From sequence record DRR378314_232: a DNA stretch of 56,058 bases. The stretch is one strand, 5' to 3'. Below, in pieces: positions 17,612 through 29,157 of the stretch (position 1 is the stretch's first letter; each line of letters opens with the position of its first letter). Position numbers and translations under genes: made by a program. Below the pieces are notes generated by a model, which did not search any database, was not told the DNA's origin, and saw only the letters and a program-made list of their open reading frames with translations.

Positions 17612-18490
17612 ATGCGCAAAATGTCCACTATCATAAGTTGTATTATAACAGCCTTACTTCTTAGCCAGTGCAGCACGGTAAAGTCTGTTTCCCAAGAAAA
17701 AAACGACGGTTGGATTTCCATGTTCAATGGAAAGGACATAAATGATTGGACCACCAAGATTCACCATTATGAAGTAGGGGACAATTATGGAGACACCTTT
17801 AGGGTAGAGGATAGTATTATAAAGGTACGCTATGACAAATATGAGGGCGAGTTTAATGAACGTTACGGCCATCTTTATTACAACACCCCTTATTCCTATT
17901 ATCATTTGGCAATAGAGTATCGATTTGTGGGAGAATTGCACCCGGGTGCCCCCAGTTACACTATAAGAAATAGCGGGGTAATGTTCCATTCCCAAGACCC
18001 AAGGACGATGCCCAAGGAGCAGGATTGGCCCATTTCTGTGGAAATGCAATTTTTGGCGGGATTGGAAGAAGGAAAATCCCGGCCCACCGGAAATATGTGT
18101 TCCCCGGGAACCGATGTTGTATACGAAGGCAAAATTGACCCAAGACACTGTATCAATTCTACTTCCAAAACTTATTTCGGAGAACAATGGGTACGCGCCG
18201 AAGCTATAGTTTTGGGAGATTCCATCGTGACCCATATTGTAAATGGAGACGAGGTACTGCAATACACCAAACCACAAATAGGGGGCGGAGTTGCCAACCG
18301 ATATGATCCGGCCATTAAGATCGACGGTAAATTATTAAAGGAAGGTTTTATTGCTTTACAGGCCGAGGGACAGCCCATAGACTTTAGAAAAGTGGAATTA
18401 AAAAACCTAAAGGGATGTATGGACCCCAAGGCTTCCAATTATCGTAAATATTATATAAAATCCGATCCTGAGGATTGTAAATACAATTAA
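17612..18490 (+). CDS. DUF1080 (3-keto-disaccharide hydrolase family) lipoprotein
   Basis: Lipobox-like LSQC; WISMFNGKDINDW, NSGVMF, EMQ, GFIALQAEG..IDFRKV. Confidence 0.88.
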   Translation: MRKMSTIISCIITALLLSQCSTVKSVSQEKNDGWISMFNGKDINDWTTKIHHYEVGDNYGDTFRVEDSIIKVRYDKYEGEFNERYGHLYYNTPYSYYHLAIEYRFVGELHPGAPSYTIRNSGVMFHSQDPRTMPKEQDWPISVEMQFLAGLEEGKSRPTGNMCSPGTDVVYEGKIDPRHCINSTSKTYFGEQWVRAEAIVLGDSIVTHIVNGDEVLQYTKPQIGGGVANRYDPAIKIDGKLLKEGFIALQAEGQPIDFRKVELKNLKGCMDPKASNYRKYYIKSDPEDCKYN

Positions 18491-18508
18491 TTGCCACAGA
18501 ACAACCAA

Positions 18509-19687
18509 CTATTGAATATTTCCTCCTACTGGCAATCCACTGGGAACCCTTTCGGGAATTTCCTTGTCAAAATTTTCATCGTTAAGGGTATTCAAAAAAG
18601 AAATGATCAAGGACATATCCTTTACACTTAATTGCAGCTCCCTTACAAAGGGATCGAACATTTCCTTGGATACCGAGGGATTTCTTGTTTTTCCAAAAGA
18701 AATATCCTCATAGAATTCCAACACCTGTTTTAGGTTTTGAAAGGCACCATTGTGCATGTAGGGAGCCGTAAAACGTAGGTTCCTAAGTGAAGCTGTCCTA
18801 AATGCAAAACTTTCCTGGAATCCACTATCCGGTTCTGGAACCTTCTTGTTTTCCGGTACTCCCAGCACGTGCAATTCATAGTCGGAAAACATAGGCCCGT
18901 TATGGCAATTGATGCAACCTACAGATTTAAAAAGTTCCAAGCCTTCCTTTTCCGAATGGGATATGGCGTTTACATCTCCTGCCATATATTGATCAAATCG
19001 GGAATTATTGGCCACTAAAGTTCTTTCAAAGGAGGCAATGGCCATGCCGATATGAATACTGTCTATTGGTGCATCCTCACCAAAGGCTTCCGCAAAAAGA
19101 CTTTTGTATTCAGGAATGGATTGAAGTCTGGAGGCCACTTCGGCTAAAATTTGTGACTTTGAAAAATGGACACCCTTCATTTCTTCCAGAGTCTTGATAG
19201 GCTCCAACGCCTGTTTTTCCAAACTTTTTACACGATCGTCCCAAAACATGGGAGCATTTTCCGGGTCATAATCGTCCTTCCCATGTATTCCATTATATGC
19301 TGTGTTTAAAATGGTGGGGGAATTGCGCTTCATGAGGGGAATTTCGTTGGGCTCCTTGAATGCCCTTTTACTTCCCAACCCCTGGCCATTTGCACCTATG
19401 GATAAATCCAAGAACTCGGCATATCCGGTAGCGGGATGATGACAACTTGCACAAGCAATATCCTTACCGCCCGAAAGGATGGGGTCATAGAAAAGGAGTT
19501 TTCCCAAAAGTTCCTTTTCCTTGGAATTTGGATTTCCTATCGGTGTTTTAATATTCTTAGGCAGGGCCGCAACTTTGGCAATCTCCTTGGGACGGGGCAT
19601 ATCTATTTCCCCTTTCTTGTTGGCATTGCCACAACCCGCTAAAATTACGGACAGGACAAGGGCATATTTGCAAAAACCAATCCTCAT
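18509..19687 (-). CDS. Di-heme cytochrome c peroxidase/MauG superfamily lipoprotein
   Basis: Lipobox LAGC; LGKLLFYDP.LS, two heme motifs CASCH and CINCH, FWDDR, TAPYMHNG. Confidence 0.9.
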   Translation of the reverse strand: MRIGFCKYALVLSVILAGCGNANKKGEIDMPRPKEIAKVAALPKNIKTPIGNPNSKEKELLGKLLFYDPILSGGKDIACASCHHPATGYAEFLDLSIGANGQGLGSKRAFKEPNEIPLMKRNSPTILNTAYNGIHGKDDYDPENAPMFWDDRVKSLEKQALEPIKTLEEMKGVHFSKSQILAEVASRLQSIPEYKSLFAEAFGEDAPIDSIHIGMAIASFERTLVANNSRFDQYMAGDVNAISHSEKEGLELFKSVGCINCHNGPMFSDYELHVLGVPENKKVPEPDSGFQESFAFRTASLRNLRFTAPYMHNGAFQNLKQVLEFYEDISFGKTRNPSVSKEMFDPFVRELQLSVKDMSLIISFLNTLNDENFDKEIPERVPSGLPVGGNIQ

Positions 19688-19756
19688 ACATCTTTACTTT
19701 TACCAAGACAAGTTTAACACTTAAACTTCTCAATAACAAGCATTAAACATAAAAAA

Positions 19757-20389
19757 CTACAGATCCAACACCTTTATCTGATTTCGATAAAGTTCTATCT
19801 TACCATCATTTTCCATCTTTTTCAATAGCCGGGATACCACCACTCTCGAAGTGTGAAGGTCGTAGGCTATCTCTTGATGGGTGGCATATAATACATCATC
19901 GTGGGTTACTTTGGCCTTATCCTGCAAGTGCTTCAATAATCGCTCATCCATTCTTAGAAAAGCAAGTGTATCTATGGTCTCCATAAGTTCCATCATACGG
20001 GCATTATAACTGTCCAATATAAATCTCTGCCATGATTTGTATTTTCCCATCCATGTCTCCAGGTAACCCACGGGAATCATCAACAATTCGGTATCTGTTT
20101 CTGCCACGGCCCTAATACCACTTGTTTTATTCCCCATACAACAAGAAAAAGTCATAGCGCAAGTGTCCCCTTTTTCTACGAAGTACAACAACAGTTCATT
20201 GCCATCACCATCTTCCCTTAAAACCTTGATAGCTCCGCTCAGCAATAAGGGCATGGACTTAATATTGTCACCGATTTCCATTAGAGTTTGGCCTTGGCTA
20301 ACTTTTTTATAGCTGCCCACCGTCCTAATTTCCTCTAACAACTCTGGTTCAAAAAGATAACCATAATGTAATTGTAATGCTTCTGTCAT
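19757..20389 (-). CDS. Crp/Fnr family transcriptional regulator
   Basis: cNMP-binding-like N-domain; C-terminal HTH THQEIAYDLHTSRVVVSRLLKKME; Cys cluster CAMTFSCC. Confidence 0.92.
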   Translation of the reverse strand: MTEALQLHYGYLFEPELLEEIRTVGSYKKVSQGQTLMEIGDNIKSMPLLLSGAIKVLREDGDGNELLLYFVEKGDTCAMTFSCCMGNKTSGIRAVAETDTELLMIPVGYLETWMGKYKSWQRFILDSYNARMMELMETIDTLAFLRMDERLLKHLQDKAKVTHDDVLYATHQEIAYDLHTSRVVVSRLLKKMENDGKIELYRNQIKVLDL

Positions 20390-20399
20390 TCTTATCGTA

Positions 20400-21179
20400 T
20401 CAAATGTTAGGTTGTATTATTACCGAAAAAATATTTTCAGACCTATTTACCGGCTGAAATCCACTGTGTAATTTCTTCTGGCTTACCGCATAGGGATAGA
20501 AGGTAATTGGTTCAATACACAGCATATTGGGAACCTCTGTCCATAACATAAAATTCCCAAAGCCTTCGGTTTTTATAATAAGCTCACCAACATCCACCAA
20601 GGTAAGGGAGTTACAATCCATAACCGGCAAGGCTCTACTGCCCACATCCAGTACCTCCTGTAGGGCAATGGTACGCTCGTCGGTTTTTATGGAGGCCCTT
20701 TCCGAAGTTAGTTTAAATGCAGGATGATATCCCAGCATAAAGGGCATACCTTCTTCACCAATTATTTTGAATTGAATTCTTAATCCATTTTCCAAAATCT
20801 CGAAGGATTTCGTAAATTCAAAATTATATGGCCAAGACAAATATTCTTCCGTGGATTTTGAGGGATATTTGGAGTTCTTAATTGGGGTCCCGGAAACATA
20901 TTGCTTCCTAAAGATGGCTTTGGTCTCGGTTTGTGAAACAAGTTGATATGCCATTTCCCTCAATAAGCCGTGTTGGTCTTGCACAGCCGCACCTTTGGGG
21001 GTCGTGACCCTAAAATTTGCCTCATTGGTGGGTCCTATTATAGGAAACATTTCGGTATCCGAGTTTCGCCATCCTGGGCTACCTTTTTGGTGAATATACT
21101 CATGGCCTTCCGCTGAGTAGCCTACCAATTCCCCTTCATCTATTTTCACTAATTGATCATGTAAATTTAGCTTCACCAT
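20400..21179 (-). CDS. Aldose 1-epimerase family protein
   Basis: MFPIIG, QHG.LR, GYHPAF and LCIEP motifs. Confidence 0.82.
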   Translation of the reverse strand: MVKLNLHDQLVKIDEGELVGYSAEGHEYIHQKGSPGWRNSDTEMFPIIGPTNEANFRVTTPKGAAVQDQHGLLREMAYQLVSQTETKAIFRKQYVSGTPIKNSKYPSKSTEEYLSWPYNFEFTKSFEILENGLRIQFKIIGEEGMPFMLGYHPAFKLTSERASIKTDERTIALQEVLDVGSRALPVMDCNSLTLVDVGELIIKTEGFGNFMLWTEVPNMLCIEPITFYPYAVSQKKLHSGFQPVNRSENIFSVIIQPNI

Positions 21180-21248
21180 CTACTTTTACTTTTTTGGAGG
21201 AAAGTTATCACTTTGTTACCGATTCAAGATTTAAAAAATTACAAAATT

Positions 21249-22490
21249 CTATTCGAACTGTATGGCCTTTACCGGAGAAATTTTAGTTATTATATAGGAC
21301 GGCAGAAGCAACATCAACAGACATAATATTAAAACCCCAATATTGAGCAATACCACGGTAATTACATCAAGGTGTACAGGAATATAATCTATATAATACT
21401 CCTTGGGGTTGGGAAATTTGAACATACGGAATTTGTACTGCAATCCTATAATGCCCAATCCGATAATATTGCCCAACAAGAGTCCAACACCTATCAAATA
21501 AGTAGCATTATATAAAAATATCTTGCGTATACTCCAATTGGACGACCCCAAGGCCTTTAAGATACCTATCATTTGGGTCCGCTCCAATATTAAAACGAGC
21601 AGGGCAGTTATCATATTGATTCCTCCAACGATGATCATTATACCAATGATCAATGCTATATTAAAATCGAAAAGTCCAAGCCATTCAAAAATCCTGTAAT
21701 ACTTATCCTTTATGGTCTGAGTATCTAGATTGGATAAGGTCTTCCCATAAATTTCCATGGCCTTATTGTCCATTTCATCAAAATCATCAACAAAGATTTC
21801 AAAGTTTCCTACCTCATTATCTGCCCATTTATTCATGTGTTGAATGTGGCGCAGATCTATAAAGATATAAGAGCCATCCAGCTCTTCAAAACCACTGTCG
21901 TAAATACCCGTTATTGTAAATTTTCTTTGATTTGGCATTTTGGAAGCATCATCTTCCTTAAAGAAAATGGCAACGAAAGAATCACCGGTTTTCAAATTTA
22001 ACCGATTGGACAAAACCTGGGATATCAGTGTTTCACTATTGATTTCCCCTTCAAAATTGGGCAGGGCGCCATCAACCAAAAACTCTTTAAATACATCCCA
22101 ATTATAATCTGCCCCAACACCTTTTGCCAGAATGCCTTCAAAAGTCTCTTCGGTTCGTATTATCCCGGCCTTGGTGGCTACTCCCTGAATATGCTGTATA
22201 CCACTGACCGATTTAAATTCCGGATAAAATTCCTGATCAAGGGAAACTGGAACCATGGAAACATCGGAAGTGTTGTTATCGTAATTATATATTTGGATGT
22301 GGCCGTTAAAGGCTGCTATCTTTTCCCGTATTTTATGTTTTAGACCAACCCCTGTAGAAATGGCCACCAACATCATTATCACCCCCAATGCAATTGCCGC
22401 AATAGCTATTTTTATTATTGGTGCAGATATACTAATTTTATGCTCTTTACCTGTAACAAGGCGTTTGGCAATAAAAAATTCTAAATTCAA
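21249..22490 (-). CDS. LolC/LolE-like ABC transporter permease (FtsX family)
   Basis: TTG start; FIAKRL N-terminus, large periplasmic domain, ERTQMIGILKALG motif. Confidence 0.88.
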   Translation of the reverse strand: MNLEFFIAKRLVTGKEHKISISAPIIKIAIAAIALGVIMMLVAISTGVGLKHKIREKIAAFNGHIQIYNYDNNTSDVSMVPVSLDQEFYPEFKSVSGIQHIQGVATKAGIIRTEETFEGILAKGVGADYNWDVFKEFLVDGALPNFEGEINSETLISQVLSNRLNLKTGDSFVAIFFKEDDASKMPNQRKFTITGIYDSGFEELDGSYIFIDLRHIQHMNKWADNEVGNFEIFVDDFDEMDNKAMEIYGKTLSNLDTQTIKDKYYRIFEWLGLFDFNIALIIGIMIIVGGINMITALLVLILERTQMIGILKALGSSNWSIRKIFLYNATYLIGVGLLLGNIIGLGIIGLQYKFRMFKFPNPKEYYIDYIPVHLDVITVVLLNIGVLILCLLMLLLPSYIITKISPVKAIQFE

Positions 22491-22493
22491 TTT

Positions 22494-23741
22494 ATGGCAG
22501 TTTTTTCCATTTTCAAAAATACAGTTTTATTATTGTTTTTTACACTTTCTGCTTGTGGAAACCATACCAAAACCCATAATAAGGAACTAAATCCTTTAGT
22601 AACACAGGATACCCTTGCCACCGATCTTCCCATAATCGTAGCAGCCAACAGAACTGAAGCTTACCTGCCCTTGCTCCAAGGAAAAAGAGTTGGAATTGTA
22701 GCCAATCAGACCAGTGTCATCTTTAAGGATACCCAACCACTGTCCTACACCCATATTGTGGATTCCCTTTTGGCCAATGACATTAATATAAAACAAGTAT
22801 TTGCACCTGAACACGGGTTTAGGGGTGAAGCAGATGCCGGGGAAAAGGTAAGCGATGGAAAGGACGAAAAAACGGGACTTCCCATAATTTCCCTATACGG
22901 AAAAAACCGTAAGCCATCCAAAGAGCAATTGCAGCATATTGATGTTATTCTGTTCGACATTCAGGATGTAGGAGTACGTTTCTACACCTATATCGCAACC
23001 ATGCAGTTGGTCATGGAGGCTTGTGCAGAAAACAATATTCCGATAATTGTCCTGGACAGACCCAATCCGAACGGACACTACGTAGATGGTCCTACCATGG
23101 AAACCGAACACAGGGGCTTTTTGGGAATGACCAATATTCCCTTGGTTTACGGGATGACCATAGGGGAATATGCCAATATGATCAACAAAGAAGGCTGGCT
23201 GGAAAACAAAGTTGTAGCGGACCTGACGGTAATCCCGATGGAAAATTACAATCACAACAAAGATTACATATTACCTATTAGGCCCTCCCCCAACCTTCCC
23301 AATAATACCTCAATTTACCTCTACCCCAGTTTGGGATTATTTGAAGGGACCAATGTAAATGCAGGTCGAGGGACAGAGTTTCAGTTTCAACGATACGGCG
23401 CCTCCTTTTTGGACAGCACCAAATACAATTTCAAATATACCCCTGCTCCCAATTTTGGATCCAAGGACCCAAAAGAGAATGGCAAAATTTGTTATGGAAA
23501 GGACCTATCCAAGACCCCTAAAATGAATACTGTGAATTTGGAGTACTTATTGGATGCCTACAAAAACACCAAGGACAAGAGTTTATTTTTTAACACAAGT
23601 GGCTTTACCAGACATGCCGGAACTACAGAATTGCAGAAGCAGATAGAGGCCGGACTTTCCCAGGAGGAAATTAAAAAAACCTGGAAAGAAGATATTGATC
23701 AATTCCAAAAAATAAGGGCTAAATATCTAATTTACAATTGA
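22494..23741 (+). CDS. namZ: Exo-beta-N-acetylmuramidase NamZ family (DUF1343) lipoprotein
   Basis: FAPEHGFRG, SLYG, DIQDVGVRFYTY, LDRPNP, GMT.GE, PSPNLP, EGTNVNAGRGT. Confidence 0.88.
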   Translation: MAVFSIFKNTVLLLFFTLSACGNHTKTHNKELNPLVTQDTLATDLPIIVAANRTEAYLPLLQGKRVGIVANQTSVIFKDTQPLSYTHIVDSLLANDINIKQVFAPEHGFRGEADAGEKVSDGKDEKTGLPIISLYGKNRKPSKEQLQHIDVILFDIQDVGVRFYTYIATMQLVMEACAENNIPIIVLDRPNPNGHYVDGPTMETEHRGFLGMTNIPLVYGMTIGEYANMINKEGWLENKVVADLTVIPMENYNHNKDYILPIRPSPNLPNNTSIYLYPSLGLFEGTNVNAGRGTEFQFQRYGASFLDSTKYNFKYTPAPNFGSKDPKENGKICYGKDLSKTPKMNTVNLEYLLDAYKNTKDKSLFFNTSGFTRHAGTTELQKQIEAGLSQEEIKKTWKEDIDQFQKIRAKYLIYN

Positions 23742-24583
23742 CTTGTAGATTTTACATCCATTTTTTCCGGGGACTTATACGGTTTAAAGGGAATTTTCAA
23801 TAATGCGCCTATATCAGAATTTTCCTTTTCATTGGGATAGGTATCCACACCATAGACAATCTCACTATTGGGCAATTTCATAAAGGTCCCAAGAAGTCTA
23901 TCCCAAATAGAAAATATATTGCCATAATTACTGTCCGTATAGGGTAATTTATAATGGTGGTGCACTTTGTGCATATCCGGAGAAACAATAACCCAGCTCA
24001 ACACATCATCCACCTTTTTGGGCAGTGAAATATTGGCATGGTTAAATTGCGATAAAATAACCGAAAGCGCCTGATATATCATAATGATGGCAACAGGTGC
24101 CCCTACGACAAAAGTACCGAAACAAGTAAAAATAAATCGGACTACACTTTCTCCCGGATGATGCCGGTTGGCAGTTGTAGTGTCTACCTCATGATCTGTA
24201 TGATGAATTAGATGAAAGCCCCAAAGCACCTTTATCTTGTGTTCTACCCAATGGGCCAACCAGGCACTTAGAAAATCCAGCAACATTACCCCGAGCAATA
24301 CCTTTAGCCATAAGGGCATAACAGGCAACCACTGTAGGACACCAAAATTATTGGCTATGGTCCAATCACTAGTCTTCAATAACAAAAAGGCCAAGGGAAA
24401 ATTTACTAGGATGGTTGTAAGGGTGAAAAAAATATTGATCCCCGCATGCCGTAGCTTGCTATATTTTAACCGAAACAAGGGAATAATATACTCCAATATC
24501 CAAAAAAAGGCAATCCCTGAAACCAATATAATACTTCGGTGCGCAGGAGGGATAGTTTCAAAATAATTGTAAATGGCTTCCAT
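23732..24583 (-). CDS. Sterol desaturase / fatty acid hydroxylase family protein
   Basis: His boxes HWVEH, HLIHH, RHHP and HKVHH; NYG...WDRLLGT. Confidence 0.9.
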   Translation of the reverse strand: MEAIYNYFETIPPAHRSIILVSGIAFFWILEYIIPLFRLKYSKLRHAGINIFFTLTTILVNFPLAFLLLKTSDWTIANNFGVLQWLPVMPLWLKVLLGVMLLDFLSAWLAHWVEHKIKVLWGFHLIHHTDHEVDTTTANRHHPGESVVRFIFTCFGTFVVGAPVAIIMIYQALSVILSQFNHANISLPKKVDDVLSWVIVSPDMHKVHHHYKLPYTDSNYGNIFSIWDRLLGTFMKLPNSEIVYGVDTYPNEKENSDIGALLKIPFKPYKSPEKMDVKSTSQL

Positions 24584-24680
24584 AGTCTAAATTTACAAAA
24601 TAGTTGTCTTTATATAATTATCCTAAAATAAAGAAATACGTTGTTACCCTCTGGCACTCAAGGTTTATTTTGGAATCTGG

Positions 24681-25178
24681 CTACTTCAACTTAATTATTT
24701 TTTTCATTTCTTCCACTATATTATAAGCCGCCGGACAAATGGCCACATTCTTTAAAGTAAGATTACTTATCTGCTGAAATTTTTTTCTGTCCGTATGTGG
24801 AAATTCACGGCAAGCCTTTGGTCTTACCTCATAAATGGAACAGTAATTATCGGCTCCCAAAAAAGTACAGGGAACACTTTGCAGCACATAATCATTCTCC
24901 TCGTCCATCCTCAAAAATTGATCAATAAATTTCTGTGGCTTCATACGGAAATGTTTGGCAATACGCTCTATATCGGCATTGGTAAACAGGGGACCTGTGG
25001 TCTTGCAACAATTGGCACAATTTAAACAATCGGTTTTCTTAAACTCCGCCTCGTGCAGGTCCTGCATGATATAGTCCAAATCTTTCGGGGGTTTTTTCCG
25101 AAGTTTGCCGAAGAATTTCTTATTCTCATTCTGTTTTTCCTGCGCCAGCTTAGGAAGTTGCCTAATTACCTCATCCAT
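24681..25178 (-). CDS. YkgJ/UPF0153 family cysteine-cluster protein
   Basis: CLNCANCC, PCTFL, CSIYEVRPKACREFP. Start reassigned to MDEVIR at 25178 because the longer start overlaps the divergent gene. Confidence 0.88.
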   Translation of the reverse strand: MDEVIRQLPKLAQEKQNENKKFFGKLRKKPPKDLDYIMQDLHEAEFKKTDCLNCANCCKTTGPLFTNADIERIAKHFRMKPQKFIDQFLRMDEENDYVLQSVPCTFLGADNYCSIYEVRPKACREFPHTDRKKFQQISNLTLKNVAICPAAYNIVEEMKKIIKLK

Positions 25179-25241
25179 TATGGAATAAACTTTTAAAAGT
25201 TGGTTAAAAGTCCCACATTTGCATGTAAATAACAAATTTAA

Positions 25242-25955
25242 ATGGCTAAGGACATTCTGGGCAAGGCAGTTTTGGATTACCAAACCGGTAATTATTCTGA
25301 AGACATCAAAACCTATTCGTCATTGGATGAAGAAGATATGATACCCATTCCATACCTCTTTAGGGACTTTAAGAAAATGCCCGCCTTGGAACAAAAAGCA
25401 CTAAAACTTTGCAAGGGCAATATCCTGGATATTGGCTGTGGTGCTGGCAGCCACAGTCTCTATTTACAAAAAAAGGGATTTGACGTTACAGCCCTGGACC
25501 AATCCCCCGGAGCCATTGAAACCTGTAAACTTAGGGGCATTGAGCATACGGTATTACAAGGTATTCAAGATTTTAAGCTTCAAAAATACGACACCCTCTT
25601 AATGCTTATGAACGGCATTGGAATAGTGGGGAAATTAAAAAACATAGACCAGTTCCTTTCACATTTAAAATCGCTCTTAAAACCTAAAGGTCAGATACTT
25701 TTGGATTCGAGCGATATCATTTATATGTACGATGAAGATGAGGACGGGGGCTATTGGATTCCTGATGATCAGAATTACTACGGGGAAGTCACTTTTGAAA
25801 TGGAATATCGAGGTGAAAGAAGTGAACCCTTGGATTGGTTATATTTGGATTATAATACTTTGCAACGTGCGGCAAATGCAAATAACTTGACTTGTGAGCT
25901 TGTGAGCAAAGGAAAACATTACGACTATTTAGCCAAACTTACCTTAATGGGGTAA
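25242..25955 (+). CDS. Class I SAM-dependent methyltransferase
   Basis: ILDIGCGAG motif I; LKPKGQIL. Confidence 0.88.
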   Translation: MAKDILGKAVLDYQTGNYSEDIKTYSSLDEEDMIPIPYLFRDFKKMPALEQKALKLCKGNILDIGCGAGSHSLYLQKKGFDVTALDQSPGAIETCKLRGIEHTVLQGIQDFKLQKYDTLLMLMNGIGIVGKLKNIDQFLSHLKSLLKPKGQILLDSSDIIYMYDEDEDGGYWIPDDQNYYGEVTFEMEYRGERSEPLDWLYLDYNTLQRAANANNLTCELVSKGKHYDYLAKLTLMG

Positions 25956-26015
25956 TACCATTTAATATTTGTCGTTATCTTAGAAGTGACAGTCCTTTAA
26001 TAAAAACTGACAATA

Positions 26016-26795
26016 ATGAAAAAATTATCCTTAGTGTTTATATTGACCTTTACCTTGTTCCTAGCTTGTTCCAAGGACTCCAGCGACAGCGAGACCCTAA
26101 AGGTAGATAAAACAGCCAATCTAAAAGGTCCGGGCGATTCTGCAAACGACTTGCTTTCCGACACCAATTTTAAAAACTTGGTCATCGAAATTGCATATGT
26201 AACGAATTTTGCGCCTACAGAAACGGCAGTTTCCAATTTTGTAAACCTACTAAACGAACGTTCCTATAAAGATAATATAAGTATTATTTACAAGGAATTG
26301 GACTCTCCCAAAAAGGATAGTCTGTCCATTGACGAAATATTTGATTTGGAAAAAGAAAATAGAACCGTATATAATAATGAAGACACTTTGGGACTGTATA
26401 TCTATTTTACGGATGCCACTGCCAGTAGTGACAATCCCGATGAGGATCTGGTAACCCTTGGAGCCGTTTACCGCAACACCTCCATGGTGATTTATGAAGC
26501 CACCATTAGAAATTTGGCCTCAAAAAGTTCGTTGATCAGTACTTCTACCGTAGAAGCAGCTACCTTAAACCACGAGGCGGGACATTTATTTGGATTGGTA
26601 AACCTGGGAACAGAGGCTGTAAACGATCATGAAGACCCTGATGCCAAAAGTCATTGTAACGAACAGAATTGCCTCATGCGGGCAGAGCTACAATTTGGAT
26701 GGGGAATGGCCAAAATGCTAACGGCCAAAAATGGGGCAATCCCTAGTTTCGGTCCAGAATGCCTACTAGATCTACAATCCAATGGAGGCAAATAA
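26016..26795 (+). CDS. Zincin-like metalloprotease lipoprotein
   Basis: Lipobox FLAC; HEAGHLFGL zinc motif; HC..NCLM Met-turn-like segment. Confidence 0.75.
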   Translation: MKKLSLVFILTFTLFLACSKDSSDSETLKVDKTANLKGPGDSANDLLSDTNFKNLVIEIAYVTNFAPTETAVSNFVNLLNERSYKDNISIIYKELDSPKKDSLSIDEIFDLEKENRTVYNNEDTLGLYIYFTDATASSDNPDEDLVTLGAVYRNTSMVIYEATIRNLASKSSLISTSTVEAATLNHEAGHLFGLVNLGTEAVNDHEDPDAKSHCNEQNCLMRAELQFGWGMAKMLTAKNGAIPSFGPECLLDLQSNGGK

Positions 26796-26823
26796 TTAAA
26801 ATACGAAAACCTATAATTTACAA

Positions 26824-27204
26824 ATGAAAAAAATTATTACCACCACAAACGCGCCTGCCCCGATTGGGCCATACAATCAAGCAGTACTGGCAGGAAATAC
26901 CCTGTATATCTCAGGTCAAATTCCTATAGACCCAAAAACTGGGGATTTAGTCTCAGGGGATATTAAAAAAGAAACGGAGCAATCCATGCAAAACTTAAAA
27001 GCCATTCTTACCGAGGCAGGAATGACTTTTGAAAATGTTGTTAAATCATCGATTTTCGTAAAGGATATGCACCAGTTTTCACAAATAAATGAAGTTTATG
27101 GCACCTATTTTGACGCGGATACCGCTCCAGCCAGGGAAACTGTAGAAGTTGCCAACCTTCCCAAATTTGTAAATGTTGAAATATCTATGATCGCTATTAA
27201 ATAG
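26824..27204 (+). CDS. ridA: RidA/YjgF family reactive intermediate deaminase
   Basis: APAPIGPYNQA, SGQIP, PARETV, LPK..VEI. Confidence 0.92.
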   Translation: MKKIITTTNAPAPIGPYNQAVLAGNTLYISGQIPIDPKTGDLVSGDIKKETEQSMQNLKAILTEAGMTFENVVKSSIFVKDMHQFSQINEVYGTYFDADTAPARETVEVANLPKFVNVEISMIAIK

Positions 27205-28048
27205 AGCTTTTGTGAAATTCAACCAGACCTTCTATGGGTCTTTGTCTTATAACACCTAGGATAAGATCATTTCTTTCCACTACGGTAGCAAGTTCTTCCC
27301 TAAGGTAATAGGCAATACTGCCTACAAAACTAACAGGTACTTTTGTAGCCAATTCAAACTGCATAATGTAGTTGTTCACAAACTGCTGAAATCCCTTATC
27401 TATTACTCCTCTGCAATAAGGGTGGTTTTTATTTTCCACAATAAATCTGGCAAAAGTGGCCAAATAAGTATTTGGATTGGGCTGTTTGTACAGATTCTCC
27501 TTGATTACATCGGCATCCAAATTGTATTCCTTCGCGAACTTGGTCGCCAAATCCATTGGGATCTTATTAAAATAATAATCCCTTATCAATTTCCTTCCAA
27601 AAAAGTTACCACTACCATCATCCATAGGAATATATCCCAAAGAGGTAACCTTTTGATGCAACTTCTCACCATCATAATAGCTGCAATTGGAGCCCGTACC
27701 TAAAATACAAACTATTCCGTGCTGCCCTATTTTTGTAGTGGCAAATATAGCCGCATAGGTATCTTCCTTAACCTCCGCCTTCGCATTGGGAAAAAAATCA
27801 TTAAAAATCTCGGTTAAAAATTTTTTCATCCTATCGGTACCACAACCGGCACCATAAAAATACAAGTGGGTAACCTCCTCCCTATTCTTGGAAAGTTCAA
27901 AATTATTGGCCAAACGGTCTTCAATTACAGGACGTGTCAATACTTCAGGACTTAATCCTAAGGTTTGGGTCATGAACAACTGGTTGCCCTTCTCATCCAA
28001 GGCAATCCAATCGGATTTTGTTGCACCACTATCTACAATCAATATCAT
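27197..28048 (-). CDS. BadF-type N-acetylglucosamine kinase-like ATPase
   Basis: IVDSGATKSDW, FYGAGC, ILGTGSN, GYI.MDDGSG. Confidence 0.85.
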   Translation of the reverse strand: MILIVDSGATKSDWIALDEKGNQLFMTQTLGLSPEVLTRPVIEDRLANNFELSKNREEVTHLYFYGAGCGTDRMKKFLTEIFNDFFPNAKAEVKEDTYAAIFATTKIGQHGIVCILGTGSNCSYYDGEKLHQKVTSLGYIPMDDGSGNFFGRKLIRDYYFNKIPMDLATKFAKEYNLDADVIKENLYKQPNPNTYLATFARFIVENKNHPYCRGVIDKGFQQFVNNYIMQFELATKVPVSFVGSIAYYLREELATVVERNDLILGVIRQRPIEGLVEFHKSSI

Positions 28049-28065
28049 ATAACAAGATTATTAAT

Positions 28066-28113
28066 AAAGAATCCTGAAAATAAGCAAAATATTGCTTAAT
28101 CTCAGGATTCTTT
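28066..28113 (-). terminator. Long hairpin downstream of gap (terminator or stabiliser)
   Basis: AAAGAATCCTGA...TCAGGATTCTTT outer stem plus TAAGCAA/TTGCTTA inner stem. Confidence 0.65.
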
Positions 28114-28132
28114 TAATTATTACCCAATAAGA

Positions 28133-29152
<1,020 letters not shown>

Positions 29153-29157
29153 TTAAA

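Noticed and set aside
17654-18277. 207-aa antisense ORF, representative of the many shadow ORFs opposite gap, tamB, the GMCs and nagB
   Set aside because: Fully antisense to well-supported genes with no recognisable motifs; expected from codon bias.
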